The translations under genes were made by a program, and so were the position numbers. The notes under the pieces were generated by a model that saw nothing but the letters and a program-made list of their open reading frames with translations, had not been told where the DNA came from and did no database searches. 64,000 bases of DNA from Candidatus Hydrogenedentota bacterium (GTDB lineage: Bacteria; Hydrogenedentota; Hydrogenedentia; Hydrogenedentales; SLHB01): contig BTVY01000013.1 of assembly GCA_045863335.1 (NCBI GenBank), positions 1 to 64,000 of the forward strand, in the 5' to 3' direction. The stretch's first letter is position 1; each line of letters opens with the position of its first letter. Of this stretch, positions 55,410 to 64,000 are shown one piece after another.

Positions 55410-56224
55410 TTGCGCTCGCGCTTGGAGGACTTTCCGAACTCCGCGGCCATCGTTCGCGCCTGACGCGCGGTGATTCGATCCAGGCAGGTCATGGCGAATT
55501 GCTCGACCCATTCGGGTTTACTGCCGTCGAACAGGCGCGCGTTGCGCCAGGCCCGTTGGCGCCAGGTGGAGACGAGTTGACCGAGTACTACTTCGTCCAT
55601 GATGCGGAAGCGCGTATCCAAACCCAGTAGCGCGGGCGCATAGGTTTCGGACACGACTGACTCCACGTCCTCCGTGGAATTCACGACCATGATGTTGGTT
55701 CGTTGGAAATCGATGAACCGGGTGAGGCGTTCCTCCCGCGGCGTGGCGCGGGCCAGGGCGAAAGGCAGGTCCCGGTTGATGTGGGCGTGAACGCCCAACA
55801 AGCCGTGCTGGAACGCGGTGATCTCGTCCGCTCGGGCCGCTTCAAAGACGATGCGCCAAACCTCCGGCACCGCGTCGTACTGTCCCGTCTCGAAATGATA
55901 GAAGGCTTCGCGATACAAATTGGCAAATGCGACCACGAACCGCGCGACCCAATCGGGATCGTCGTAGGTTCCGTTCTGAATGCTCTCCAGCCCGTTCTCC
56001 GTCAACACACGATACATGCCCGCAAAAATGGCGCGGTTGTCGCCCTTGCTCGCCAGCACCGTTTCGAGGTCGGATACGCGTGTGAGGAAGTCTTCGACGG
56101 AGGCGTATTCGGTATCGATCAAAGCGAGGATTTCAGAGTCGCCGGAGATGGGCGCTCCGGCGTGGCTTAATGTGCAGAAGATGAGAAACAACAGAATTGC
56201 AGCGATGCGTCGCGTTGCAGCCAT
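55382..56224 (-). CDS. Secreted DUF5995-family protein
   Basis: Signal peptide; FAGMY..LT, DPDWV..F..AFANLY, LGVHAHINRDL. Confidence 0.75.
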   Translation of the reverse strand: MAATRRIAAILLFLIFCTLSHAGAPISGDSEILALIDTEYASVEDFLTRVSDLETVLASKGDNRAIFAGMYRVLTENGLESIQNGTYDDPDWVARFVVAFANLYREAFYHFETGQYDAVPEVWRIVFEAARADEITAFQHGLLGVHAHINRDLPFALARATPREERLTRFIDFQRTNIMVVNSTEDVESVVSETYAPALLGLDTRFRIMDEVVLGQLVSTWRQRAWRNARLFDGSKPEWVEQFAMTCLDRITARQARTMAAEFGKSSKRERNYAWGWDSR

Positions 56225-56301
56225 GACCGGTTCTTTCCATAGGCGCCGGATGCGCACGAGAGAAGTGTACCGCCGACGAATCCCGCAGTGAAAGAGGGCC
56301 G

Positions 56302-56973
56302 TTACGCCGTGGCTGTTTCGCCGCTCGTGTCGGTTGTCGTCGAGCCGAAGGAGGTGAAGACGCCGTTGGGGCCGATGGTCAACTGGAAGTTCCGGGGACT
56401 GTTCGCGCCGGAGAGCGATTCGCCGATGGCCATGGTGGCGCCCTGCGGATCGCGCAGATAGCCCAGGCTGGCCGGGAACTGGACCGCCGCGGTTCGCACC
56501 AGGCTGGCATTCACGCTGAGCCGGTGAAACGCGTTGGCCAACATGGGGTGAGCCTTGAAGAGGGCCTCGATCATCTCCGCGTCGGGGTGGTCATTCGCGA
56601 CGACCACGTCCCCGTTAGCGTCGGATGCCAGCACCAGTTCCGGCAGATTGTCAATGGGGAGTTCATCAAACAGAGCGGAGAGTTCTTCCCGGAACGCGGC
56701 AATTTCTTCCTCGAGCCGCGCGGCCAGGTTGGTGGGCAGATTCGTGAACCGGTCGCTCGATACGCCATCCATGCCTTCGTCCTGCTTGGTGGCAACGGCC
56801 TTGGTGTTGCCCTGCTGCGCCGCCTCCAGCAGCTTCGCGAAGGCACCGGAAGTCATTGTCACAGAATTGTTTGGAGCCTTTGCTTTGCCCCCGCCGCCGA
56901 TTCCCTTGATCTCATGCAACAGTCCCCGTGCCGCATGCAGCAACTGAACCCCTTCCAGAATCGGGAACGCCAT
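56302..56973 (-). CDS. Hypothetical protein under a sigma54 promoter
   Basis: GGAGGAG RBS before ATG 56973; L.SDANG.VVV..DHPD...IE.LF...P.L motif. Confidence 0.75.
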   Translation of the reverse strand: MAFPILEGVQLLHAARGLLHEIKGIGGGGKAKAPNNSVTMTSGAFAKLLEAAQQGNTKAVATKQDEGMDGVSSDRFTNLPTNLAARLEEEIAAFREELSALFDELPIDNLPELVLASDANGDVVVANDHPDAEMIEALFKAHPMLANAFHRLSVNASLVRTAAVQFPASLGYLRDPQGATMAIGESLSGANSPRNFQLTIGPNGVFTSFGSTTTDTSGETATA

Positions 56974-57019
56974 GAGACTCTCCTCCTGCCTTCGAACGTG
57001 ATCGGTCGTCGGTAGGAGG

Positions 57020-57035
57020 AGCAACCTGCGTGCCA
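57020..57035 (-). promoter_or_regulatory. Consensus sigma54 promoter
   Basis: TGGCAC-GCAGG-TTGCT on the minus strand. Confidence 0.85.
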
Positions 57036-57042
57036 GACAGGT

Positions 57043-57939
57043 TTATTCGGGCAGGCGTGTCATCCGTTCCCCGTTCGTGCCTTGCACGAGGAGCCGAAAC
57101 GCGGGGTCGTCGCGGACGGCGTCGAAGTCCTCGTCAAACTTCGCTTCGTCCCGGTACGAAGCGTCGAATTCGATGGCGCACAGGAGCAGCGGAACAACCT
57201 CTTCCCGGTCGCCGCGCAGGCTGGCGAGGCAGGCCAGGTTGTAATAGGGGGCAGGATGGTCGGGTTCGTGGGCGATGGCGGCCCGGTATTCCGCTTCGGC
57301 TTCGTCATACCGTTCCAACGCCACGAGGAGGTTACCGTAGTTGTTGTGCGTCGCCACGGCATCGGGGTTGAGTTCCAGCGCGCGAAGGGCGTGTACTTCG
57401 GCATCTTCGAGGCACCCGGTAAGCCGGAGCAAGATGGCGAGGTCGTTATGGGCGCGGCTCCAGGAGGGGTCGAGTTCAATGGCTTTCCGGAAGGCGGCCT
57501 CGGCTTCGGCGTACTGTCCCTGGGTGTGCTTCAGTATTCCCAACCCGTTGTACACCCAGTTCCAATCCGGTCGCAGCTCTACCGCCTTCTGGTAGGCCGC
57601 TTCCGCACCGGGGAAGTCGAGCTGGGCCGTCCGCAACACGCCTAAGGCGTAGTACGTGTCCGCAGTCTCGTAGATGCCGTCTGCGGCGAGGGCGGCCACG
57701 CCATCCACGAGGGATCGGGTGTTGGCGCGGCGCGCTTGGGGGTCGTTTTCGAGGCAGGCTTTCATGGTTACGACGAGCATCTCGATCTGCCGTTCCGAAA
57801 GTTCGGAGGCGACGACCTTGACGGGGGTGTCGATGACGGGTGCGCGGGCCGGCGCGCGCGCATCGCGTACGGCAAGAATGATGGCTGCCACCAGGACGAA
57901 AAATCCCGTAAACAACCAGATACCACGATGATGCTGCAT
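57043..57939 (-). CDS. Membrane-anchored TPR protein
   Basis: N-terminal TM; about five TPRs; terminal YYNLAC..DEDFDAVR motif. Confidence 0.88.
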   Translation of the reverse strand: MQHHRGIWLFTGFFVLVAAIILAVRDARAPARAPVIDTPVKVVASELSERQIEMLVVTMKACLENDPQARRANTRSLVDGVAALAADGIYETADTYYALGVLRTAQLDFPGAEAAYQKAVELRPDWNWVYNGLGILKHTQGQYAEAEAAFRKAIELDPSWSRAHNDLAILLRLTGCLEDAEVHALRALELNPDAVATHNNYGNLLVALERYDEAEAEYRAAIAHEPDHPAPYYNLACLASLRGDREEVVPLLLCAIEFDASYRDEAKFDEDFDAVRDDPAFRLLVQGTNGERMTRLPE

Positions 57940-58166
57940 GAATTCCTTTTTGACCGTTGGCCGCGGCACACGTATCGCCAGACTTCAGACCGAGCTATCC
58001 AACGCCTCGTTTCAACTGAACGCACGATTGGAAGCGGGCGTTGACCGGTTCGAACCGTGCAAGTACGGTGCGCCCGGTTCTATAATCGGGTGAAGCGCAG
58101 CAACATCCGCTCATGTGCGCGCGTTTGCACACACATCATAGCAGAGAATCCGGAAGGGGACGAGCC

Positions 58167-58580
58167 ATGAAGTTTGCGACGGAGTACCTGTGGTTCAACA
58201 CGAAGAAACACAGGGAGTACATCAACATCACCGGCGAGGTTGAAGCGGTCGTCCGCAAGAGCGGCGTCAAGGAAGGGATGGTGCTCGTGAGCGCCATGCA
58301 TATTACGGCGGGCGTCTATGTGAACGACGCGGAATCGGGCTTGATCGCGGACATCGACGAATGGCTCGAAGGGCTTGCCCCGTTCCGGGAAGACTACCGC
58401 CACCACCAGACCGGCGAAACCAATGGGGACTCCCACCTCAAGAGCCTGATCGTTCATCACGAGGTCATTGTTCCCATTACGGAGGGCAGACTTGACCTGG
58501 GGCCGTGGCAGCAGGTGTATTACGCCGAATTTGATGGCCAACGCCGTAAGCGTCTGATTATCAAGGTGATGGGGGAATAG
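58167..58580 (+). CDS. yjbQ: YjbQ / UPF0047 (secondary thiamine-phosphate synthase-like)
   Basis: [40 protein letters not shown]. Confidence 0.92.
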   Translation: MKFATEYLWFNTKKHREYINITGEVEAVVRKSGVKEGMVLVSAMHITAGVYVNDAESGLIADIDEWLEGLAPFREDYRHHQTGETNGDSHLKSLIVHHEVIVPITEGRLDLGPWQQVYYAEFDGQRRKRLIIKVMGE

Positions 58581-58582
58581 AA

Positions 58583-58930
58583 ATGGATGAGAAAGACCGG
58601 GCGTTTCTCCAGCGACGACGCAAGCTCGCCAAAGCCTGGAATCTGGTGGGCGCGCTGCTGCTCGGCCTGCTGGCAGCGCTGGGGGCGACAATCTACTTCC
58701 GCGTGCCTCTAATGGCCAACCCGTTCTACGTCGCCGAGCAGGTGAAAGCGGACACGCTGGAAGCGTCGACCATGGAACTCTCCGCGGTACTGTTGCCGGT
58801 CGTCTTCTTGCTGTGCCTCGGCGTGGTCGCCATCGAAGTCCTGTTCGCGTTTGCCATGTTCGCCAACGAACGGCGGTATCTGGCGATTATCGAGGCCTTG
58901 GAGCAGACCGCGACGGGCAACCAAACCTGA
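58583..58930 (+). CDS. Two-TM membrane protein, unknown function
   Basis: Two hydrophobic segments; starts 2 nt after the yjbQ stop. Confidence 0.75.
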   Translation: MDEKDRAFLQRRRKLAKAWNLVGALLLGLLAALGATIYFRVPLMANPFYVAEQVKADTLEASTMELSAVLLPVVFLLCLGVVAIEVLFAFAMFANERRYLAIIEALEQTATGNQT

Positions 58931-58963
58931 ATCGCGTCGCGACAGGTTGGCATCGATCCGTCA

Positions 58964-59008
58964 CAAAAAGAACACGAGTGGCGAAACCAGCCGGTTCCGC
59001 CACTCGTG
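58964..59008 (-). terminator. Intrinsic terminator of rplJL
   Basis: CACGAGTGGCG..CGCCACTCGTG stem followed on the minus strand by TTCTTTTTG. Confidence 0.75.
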
Positions 59009-59027
59009 AAGAACTGGCGCGTCGCGC

Positions 59028-59423
59028 TTAGTGGCCTTTGATCTCGATCTTGGCGCCGGCGGCTTCGAGCTTCTCTTTGATCTCCTTGGCTTCGTCTTCG
59101 GAGATGTCTTCCTTGATGGGCTTCGGAGCGCCGTCGACGAGGTCCTTCGCTTCCTTCAGGCCGAGACCGGTCAGGGCGCGGACTTCCTTGATGACCTGGA
59201 TCTTCTGACCGCCGACTTCGGCGAGGATCGCGTCGAAGGACGTGGGGCCTTCATCGGCCGCCGCAGCTTCGCCACCGCCGGCCATGGGCATCATGCCGCC
59301 CATCATCATCGGGGCCGCGGCCGTGACGCCGAACTTCTCTTCGAGGGCCTTGATCAGCTCGCTCAGCTCAAGCACCGACAACTCGGCGATCTTGTCAATG
59401 ATTTCTTCATTCTTGGTTGCCAT
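59028..59423 (-). CDS. rplL: 50S ribosomal protein L7/L12
   Basis: [38 protein letters not shown]. Confidence 0.99.
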   Translation of the reverse strand: MATKNEEIIDKIAELSVLELSELIKALEEKFGVTAAAPMMMGGMMPMAGGGEAAAADEGPTSFDAILAEVGGQKIQVIKEVRALTGLGLKEAKDLVDGAPKPIKEDISEDEAKEIKEKLEAAGAKIEIKGH

Positions 59424-59462
59424 GAATCGTATTCTCCACTTGTCATGCGGCGATTCGCGTCG

Positions 59463-59993
59463 TTACGCGGCCGCTCCACCTTCTTCTTTCTGTTTCTTGA
59501 TTTGATCCAACACGTTGACCAGATTGGTCGGCAACGCATTGAGGGTACTGACGAAATTGCGCAGGGGCGCGGCGATGGTGCCCACCACCTGGCCCAACAG
59601 CACGTCGCGCGGAGGAAGGCTCGCGAGCGCGTCCAGTTGATCCTTGGAGACTACTTTGCCTTCCAGAATGCCGCCCACCATTTCGACCAGCGGCACTTCC
59701 TTCGAGAAGTCCTTCAGAACCTTCGCCGGGGCCACCGGGTCGGCCGAGAACGCCCACGCGGTGGGGCCATCCATGTAGGTCGACGCATCGGAGAGTTCCA
59801 GCTCGTCGAGGACGCGTTTGGCCAGGGTGTTCTTAAACACCTTGTAGTCCACCTGGGAATCGCGCAGCTTCTTGCGCAGGTTTGTGGCCTGCTCTGCGTT
59901 GATGCCGATGTACTTCGACAGGATCGCGATCTGGCTTCCCTGGATCTTCTCCTTCAGCTCGGCGACGGAGTCAATCTTGTATTGCTTCGGCAC
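59463..59993 (-). CDS. rplJ: 50S ribosomal protein L10
   Basis: LRKKLR..YKVFKNTL, GPTA, GGILEG, LASLP; GTG start after GGAGG. Confidence 0.97.
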   Translation of the reverse strand: MPKQYKIDSVAELKEKIQGSQIAILSKYIGINAEQATNLRKKLRDSQVDYKVFKNTLAKRVLDELELSDASTYMDGPTAWAFSADPVAPAKVLKDFSKEVPLVEMVGGILEGKVVSKDQLDALASLPPRDVLLGQVVGTIAAPLRNFVSTLNALPTNLVNVLDQIKKQKEEGGAAA

Positions 59994-60082
59994 GGTACAT
60001 TCACCTCCTTTCCAGAAGTCGGTATGGGGCCGAAGGCCCTCCAATTTCGGTCCGCGGTTCCCCGTGGAACCGCAGTGCGGGC

Positions 60083-60203
60083 AAAAAAATATCCCGCACG
60101 GTCAAAAGACAATGCGGGATACGGACAGTTTTCGTAATATCCAATTCCGCGGTCTCGGCAGGCGAGTTTTAAGGCCTATTGGCCGCCGGCTGTCTTTGAC
60201 CTG
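60083..60203 (-). ncRNA. Ribosomal protein L10 leader with attenuator
   Basis: GGTCAAAGACAGCCGG..TTAA..CCTGCCGAGACC matches the L10-leader pattern; downstream ATCCCGCA..TGCGGGAT-ATTTTTTT terminator. Confidence 0.85.
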
Positions 60204-60381
60204 CGACACGTTTCCATGTCGGCCGGGAAGCGTAGCAAGAAAATGAGTCCCCCGTCAAATTTTCTCGGAGTCCTCGCGGAACCCTGCATGGCTGAGGCGG
60301 ATACAGGATGAAGTCGCTACAAAACATGCGCTATACTTGCGCGGTAAGCTGAAGGAAGCATCATCGGAATGGAGAATAGCT

Positions 60382-61332
60382 ATGCCTACTGGTAAACGGT
60401 TCAAGATCGCATGTATTGGCGCCGGCAACGTCGGGTCGACCGCGGCTCAATACTGTCTGGATATGGAGTTGGGCGACGTCGTGCTGACCGATGTGGTTGA
60501 AGGAATGCCTCAGGGCAAGGCCCTCGACCTCACCGAAGCGGGGCCCGTTCGCCGGTATAGCAACGCCGCGCGCGGCACGAACGATTATAAGGATATCGAG
60601 GGCGCGAGCGTTTGCGTGATTACGGCCGGGTTGCCACGGAAACCCGGGATGACGCGGCTCGATCTGCTGGAGAAGAACGGGAAGATCATCAGCGACGTCT
60701 GCGAGAGCATCGCGAAGCACGCGCCGGACAGCGTCGTCATCGTCGTGACCAATCCTCTCGACGTCATGTGCTACACGGCGCTGAAGAAACTCGGATTCCC
60801 GCCGAACCGAGTCATCGGTATGGCGGGTATCCTGGACAGTTCGCGCATGCGAACCTTCGTAGCCGAGGAACTCAAGGTTAGTATGGAGAATGTGGACACC
60901 ATGGTGCTCGGTTCTCACGGCGACGACATGGTGCCCCTGCCGGAATATACGACGGTTTCGGGAATCCCCATTACCCAGCTGCTCCCGAAAGACCGCGTCG
61001 ATGCCATCATGGAACGCACGCGGAAAGGCGGCGGCGAAATTGTGGCGCTGCTGAAGACCGGAAGCGCCTTCTACGCGCCCGGCGCCAGTGCGGCCCGCAT
61101 GGTCGAGTCGGTGTTGCGCGACGAGCACCAGGTTCTGCCGTGCGCCGCGTATTTGCAGGGGGAATATGGGCTGAGCGACGTCTACGCCGGCGTGCCCTGC
61201 ATTCTCGGAAAGAACGGGGTCGAACGGATTCTCGAGATAAAGCTGACGGACGAGCAAATGGAAGCGCTGCGTAAGTCCGCAGAGGAAGTTCGAACGGGGA
61301 TTGACGGCCTCAAGGAGCTTGGCATTCTGTAG
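60382..61332 (+). CDS. mdh: Malate dehydrogenase (LDH-like type)
   Basis: GAGNVG, TAGLPRKPGMTRLDL, VTNPLD, GILDSSR, GSHGD, LKTGSAFYAP. Confidence 0.96.
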   Translation: MPTGKRFKIACIGAGNVGSTAAQYCLDMELGDVVLTDVVEGMPQGKALDLTEAGPVRRYSNAARGTNDYKDIEGASVCVITAGLPRKPGMTRLDLLEKNGKIISDVCESIAKHAPDSVVIVVTNPLDVMCYTALKKLGFPPNRVIGMAGILDSSRMRTFVAEELKVSMENVDTMVLGSHGDDMVPLPEYTTVSGIPITQLLPKDRVDAIMERTRKGGGEIVALLKTGSAFYAPGASAARMVESVLRDEHQVLPCAAYLQGEYGLSDVYAGVPCILGKNGVERILEIKLTDEQMEALRKSAEEVRTGIDGLKELGIL

Positions 61333-61351
61333 CAAACGAGGAGGACCTGCC

Positions 61352-62203
61352 ATGAAAGTCCATCGCGTTTGGTTTCTGGTCGCGGCGTTCCTGGTCGTGT
61401 TTTCCGTGCCGGCTGCGGCTCAGCAATTGGGCGACGCGGCCGCCGATGCCGCCACCACGGCAAGGGTCGAAACCACGTTCCTGCTGAACGAGCATCTCAA
61501 TCCGTTCAACATCAACACGACGACGAAAGACGGCGTGGTCACGTTGACGGGCAGCGTGGCGGACGAAATCCAGAAAGACCTCGCCACGGATCTCGCCAAG
61601 TCAGCCGATGGCGTGAAAGAGGTGGTCAACAACTTGACCGTAGTCGGCACCGTGGTATCGGAACGGCCCACGCGTACGTGGAGGGAACGTATCAACGATG
61701 CGACCCTGGCCGCGACGGTGCGCTCGAATCTCTTGTACAACAAGGAACTCAAGGGTCTGAAGATTGGCGTCGGCGCCGAGGACGGCGTGGTGACGCTTTT
61801 CGGGGTGGCCAATACCTACTTCGAGAAGGACCGCATCGAGCAGATCGTCATGGATACGCGCGGCGTCGACAAGGTGATTAACAACCTCACCGTACACGCG
61901 TCGCAGGACGGCACGCCTGTGGAGGTCGTGCAAAAGAAGGTGGCGGACGAGTGGGTGGAGCGGCGCGTGGCCACGGCCATCACCTTGAACCGTTACATCA
62001 CCATGCGCAATCTCAACGTCAAAGTGGTCGATGGACTTTGCATCCTAACGGGCAGCGTCGATTCGCCGAAACAACGCGAACTTGCGGAAAGCCTCGCGAT
62101 GAGTATCAGCGGCGTGGAGAAGGTCCAGAACGACATTACGATCTACGAACCTCCGGCCGCGCCGGCGCCGCCGGAGTCTACAAACGCGGAGCCCAAGCCC
62201 TAG
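61352..62203 (+). CDS. Periplasmic triple BON-domain (OsmY-like) protein
   Basis: Signal peptide; three DG.V.L.G...GV..V.N.L repeats; GAGGAGG RBS. Confidence 0.92.
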   Translation: MKVHRVWFLVAAFLVVFSVPAAAQQLGDAAADAATTARVETTFLLNEHLNPFNINTTTKDGVVTLTGSVADEIQKDLATDLAKSADGVKEVVNNLTVVGTVVSERPTRTWRERINDATLAATVRSNLLYNKELKGLKIGVGAEDGVVTLFGVANTYFEKDRIEQIVMDTRGVDKVINNLTVHASQDGTPVEVVQKKVADEWVERRVATAITLNRYITMRNLNVKVVDGLCILTGSVDSPKQRELAESLAMSISGVEKVQNDITIYEPPAAPAPPESTNAEPKP

Positions 62204-62251
62204 TTTGATCGGGCGTCGGCCCAGGGCCACCACCACGGAGGGCCGCCCAGT

Positions 62252-63139
62252 ATGACCCCGGAGCGCAAGCAGACGATCGTGGTGATCGTGATCGTAACCA
62301 CCACGGTTAGTGCCATGATTTTCGCGTTCATGGCGGGTCAGGACTCCGGATTCAACCAGGCCACGGGTTCCGCCAAGCCGTTTACCACCGACAAACCGCG
62401 CGATGTGACCATGCCCATCGCCCGCAGCGAACAAGCCGATACGCCGGACTTTGAACCGGAAGATCTCGCCCGTCGCGATGCCCCCCAAAAGGAAACCAGG
62501 ATGCTGCTGATGGACAGCCGTCTTCGGGAACGGCTTGCTTCCAATGAGGGCGAGCGCCTCGCCATGGAAGCGTTCGCCCAACTCGACCCCGTGGAGGGGG
62601 TCGGCTTCCTGGTCGAGCGGCTGCCCGGAATCGCGTCCGCCGCGGAAGCGACCGCCATGTATTCCGCACTCGGAAAGCTCTACCTGCAAACGGATCCGCC
62701 CCGGGACGATCTGGCCGTGGCCAGCTTGCGGGAAGCCGCGCGTCTCGCTGAGACTGCCGAAGCGGCCCATGCAGCCGTGCTTGCCGAGATCAACGTGCTC
62801 CAGAATCAGGGGTGGACTGTGGCGGGCCCACGACTCTTGGAAGCGTACCCCGAAGGTTCGGCCGTGACCTTGTCCGGGCTCCAGTTGTCCATTCTGAAAG
62901 GCAAGTACTACGCGGATACGGGCGACAGCCAAACCGCGGAATCGGTCTACAAACGCGCCGCCGAACAAGCCCTAGAGAATCGCGAGCGCCTCGGCCCCGA
63001 CGCCGACGCCGTGTACCGGCAGATCTGCCTCGACCTCTCCCGTCTCTACCGCGACAACAACCGCGACGCCGACGCGGAGCGCGTCCTCCGTGCCATGCGC
63101 CTGCGTCTTGACGAAGACGCGCCGACAACGCTCCCGTGA
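62252..63139 (+). CDS. Membrane-anchored helical-repeat (TPR-like) protein
   Basis: N-terminal TM; ALGKLYLQ, KGKYYADTGD..AESVY. Confidence 0.7.
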   Translation: MTPERKQTIVVIVIVTTTVSAMIFAFMAGQDSGFNQATGSAKPFTTDKPRDVTMPIARSEQADTPDFEPEDLARRDAPQKETRMLLMDSRLRERLASNEGERLAMEAFAQLDPVEGVGFLVERLPGIASAAEATAMYSALGKLYLQTDPPRDDLAVASLREAARLAETAEAAHAAVLAEINVLQNQGWTVAGPRLLEAYPEGSAVTLSGLQLSILKGKYYADTGDSQTAESVYKRAAEQALENRERLGPDADAVYRQICLDLSRLYRDNNRDADAERVLRAMRLRLDEDAPTTLP

Positions 63140-63232
63140 AGCACGTCGTGATCAACCTTATACTCTTCCGCCCCGTGAATCTTCTAAGATTGTCCGCATG
63201 AAATGCAGTTCCCATTCCAGGAGGGGGTCGTC

Positions 63233-64000
63233 ATGATTTCGTTTCCAAGCCTTGCTCTTGCTTTTATTGCGGCCGCGGCTGGATTGCCGTCGTGGGGTTT
63301 TGATGCGCCGGAGGATGGGGCGGCATGGGTTGCGAATGCGCACTTGGGCAATGTCGCGGTGCGCGACGGCGTCCTTGTGGCGGATGCCACAGGCTGGGAT
63401 CCCTTCTTCGTTTGCTCTGGTCTCTCGTTTCCCGCGTCGCCGTGGCAGTACGTGGTGATTCGCATGAAAGCCGACCAGTCTGGCTCGGGCGAGTTGTTCT
63501 TCACGGGGACGGAGGAAGGCGAGTACGGCGGCTTGTCGCAGGACCGGAGCCGGCGGTTTCACGTTGACGGCGACGGCGAATTTCGCGACATCTTCGTATT
63601 TCCGTTCTGGCAGGCGGAAGGCCAGATCGTGAAGCTGCGGTTGGACCTTTACGATAGCGCGCACTTTGAGATCGAATCCATTGAGGTCCGAACTTGGGGC
63701 GACGCGGAGAACCCCGTTACCGGGCAGTTCGCGTGGAACCTGGCTACCGACGGCGTGTGGCGCGTAGCCGATTCGGCGCAGGAGCGTTTCTCGCCGCCAT
63801 TGCGATTGGCGATCGAAGACCGCGGCTGGGCGACCATCGAAATCGAGTCCGAGCGCGACACGGTAGGCACGCTATTGTGGGCAGTCGAGGGCATACCGGG
63901 TCTGCAGAGCGAATCGTTTTCGATTCGCGGGGGCGATCATCCGCGTGCGTACAATTTGGAACTGTTTGGCAACAAAGCCTGGACGGGGACCTTGCTGACC
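63233..64000 (+). CDS. Secreted protein with CBM-like beta-sandwich domains, truncated by the window end
   Basis: AGGAGG RBS; MISFPSLALAFIAAAAGLPSWGFD..DPFF..W..EGQIVKLRLDLY; frame appears open to the window end and is absent from the ORF track. Confidence 0.75.
   Translation, partial: MISFPSLALAFIAAAAGLPSWGFDAPEDGAAWVANAHLGNVAVRDGVLVADATGWDPFFVCSGLSFPASPWQYVVIRMKADQSGSGELFFTGTEEGEYGGLSQDRSRRFHVDGDGEFRDIFVFPFWQAEGQIVKLRLDLYDSAHFEIESIEVRTWGDAENPVTGQFAWNLATDGVWRVADSAQERFSPPLRLAIEDRGWATIEIESERDTVGTLLWAVEGIPGLQSESFSIRGGDHPRAYNLELFGNKAWTGTLLT

Noticed and set aside
58040-58090. GGTTCGAACC as a tRNA T-arm
   Set aside because: No cloverleaf can be built; the region looks like the yjbQ promoter (TATAAT at 58081)

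Overview
GC-rich bacterial chromosomal window with about 40 genes and no rRNA, tRNA, CRISPR array or transposase that I can see. The gene content (giant ECF sigma/carboxypeptidase-repeat fusions, many secreted glycan enzymes) resembles Candidatus Hydrogenedentes or PVC-like bacteria; this taxonomy is inference only. Housekeeping genes: smg-topA...xerC, rplJ-rplL with an L10 leader/attenuator, mdh, a cold-shock gene and yjbQ. Two candidate undescribed systems stand out. (1) A five-gene operon at 12846-21551: ExeA-like ATPase, TM-TPR-LysM protein, a chimeric Wza(Poly_export)-SECRETIN protein, Wzc tyrosine kinase and a Wzy/O-antigen-ligase-like protein. This suggests polysaccharide export through a secretin pore, with a divergent FHA-GAF-HD-GYP gene next to it. 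(2) A coupled two-gene module between topA and xerC (48583-54446): a DUF4062-TM-TPR receptor-like protein plus an exported TPR-CHAT caspase-like protease, both carrying a similar DD-x-x-TR linker motif. Also present: several different REP/REPIN-like inverted elements (one with compensatory base changes), two sigma54 promoters, NemR-like and NrdR-like boxes, probable leaderless genes, and a 59-aa membrane protein missed by the ORF track. All family calls come from motif recognition by eye, not database searches.
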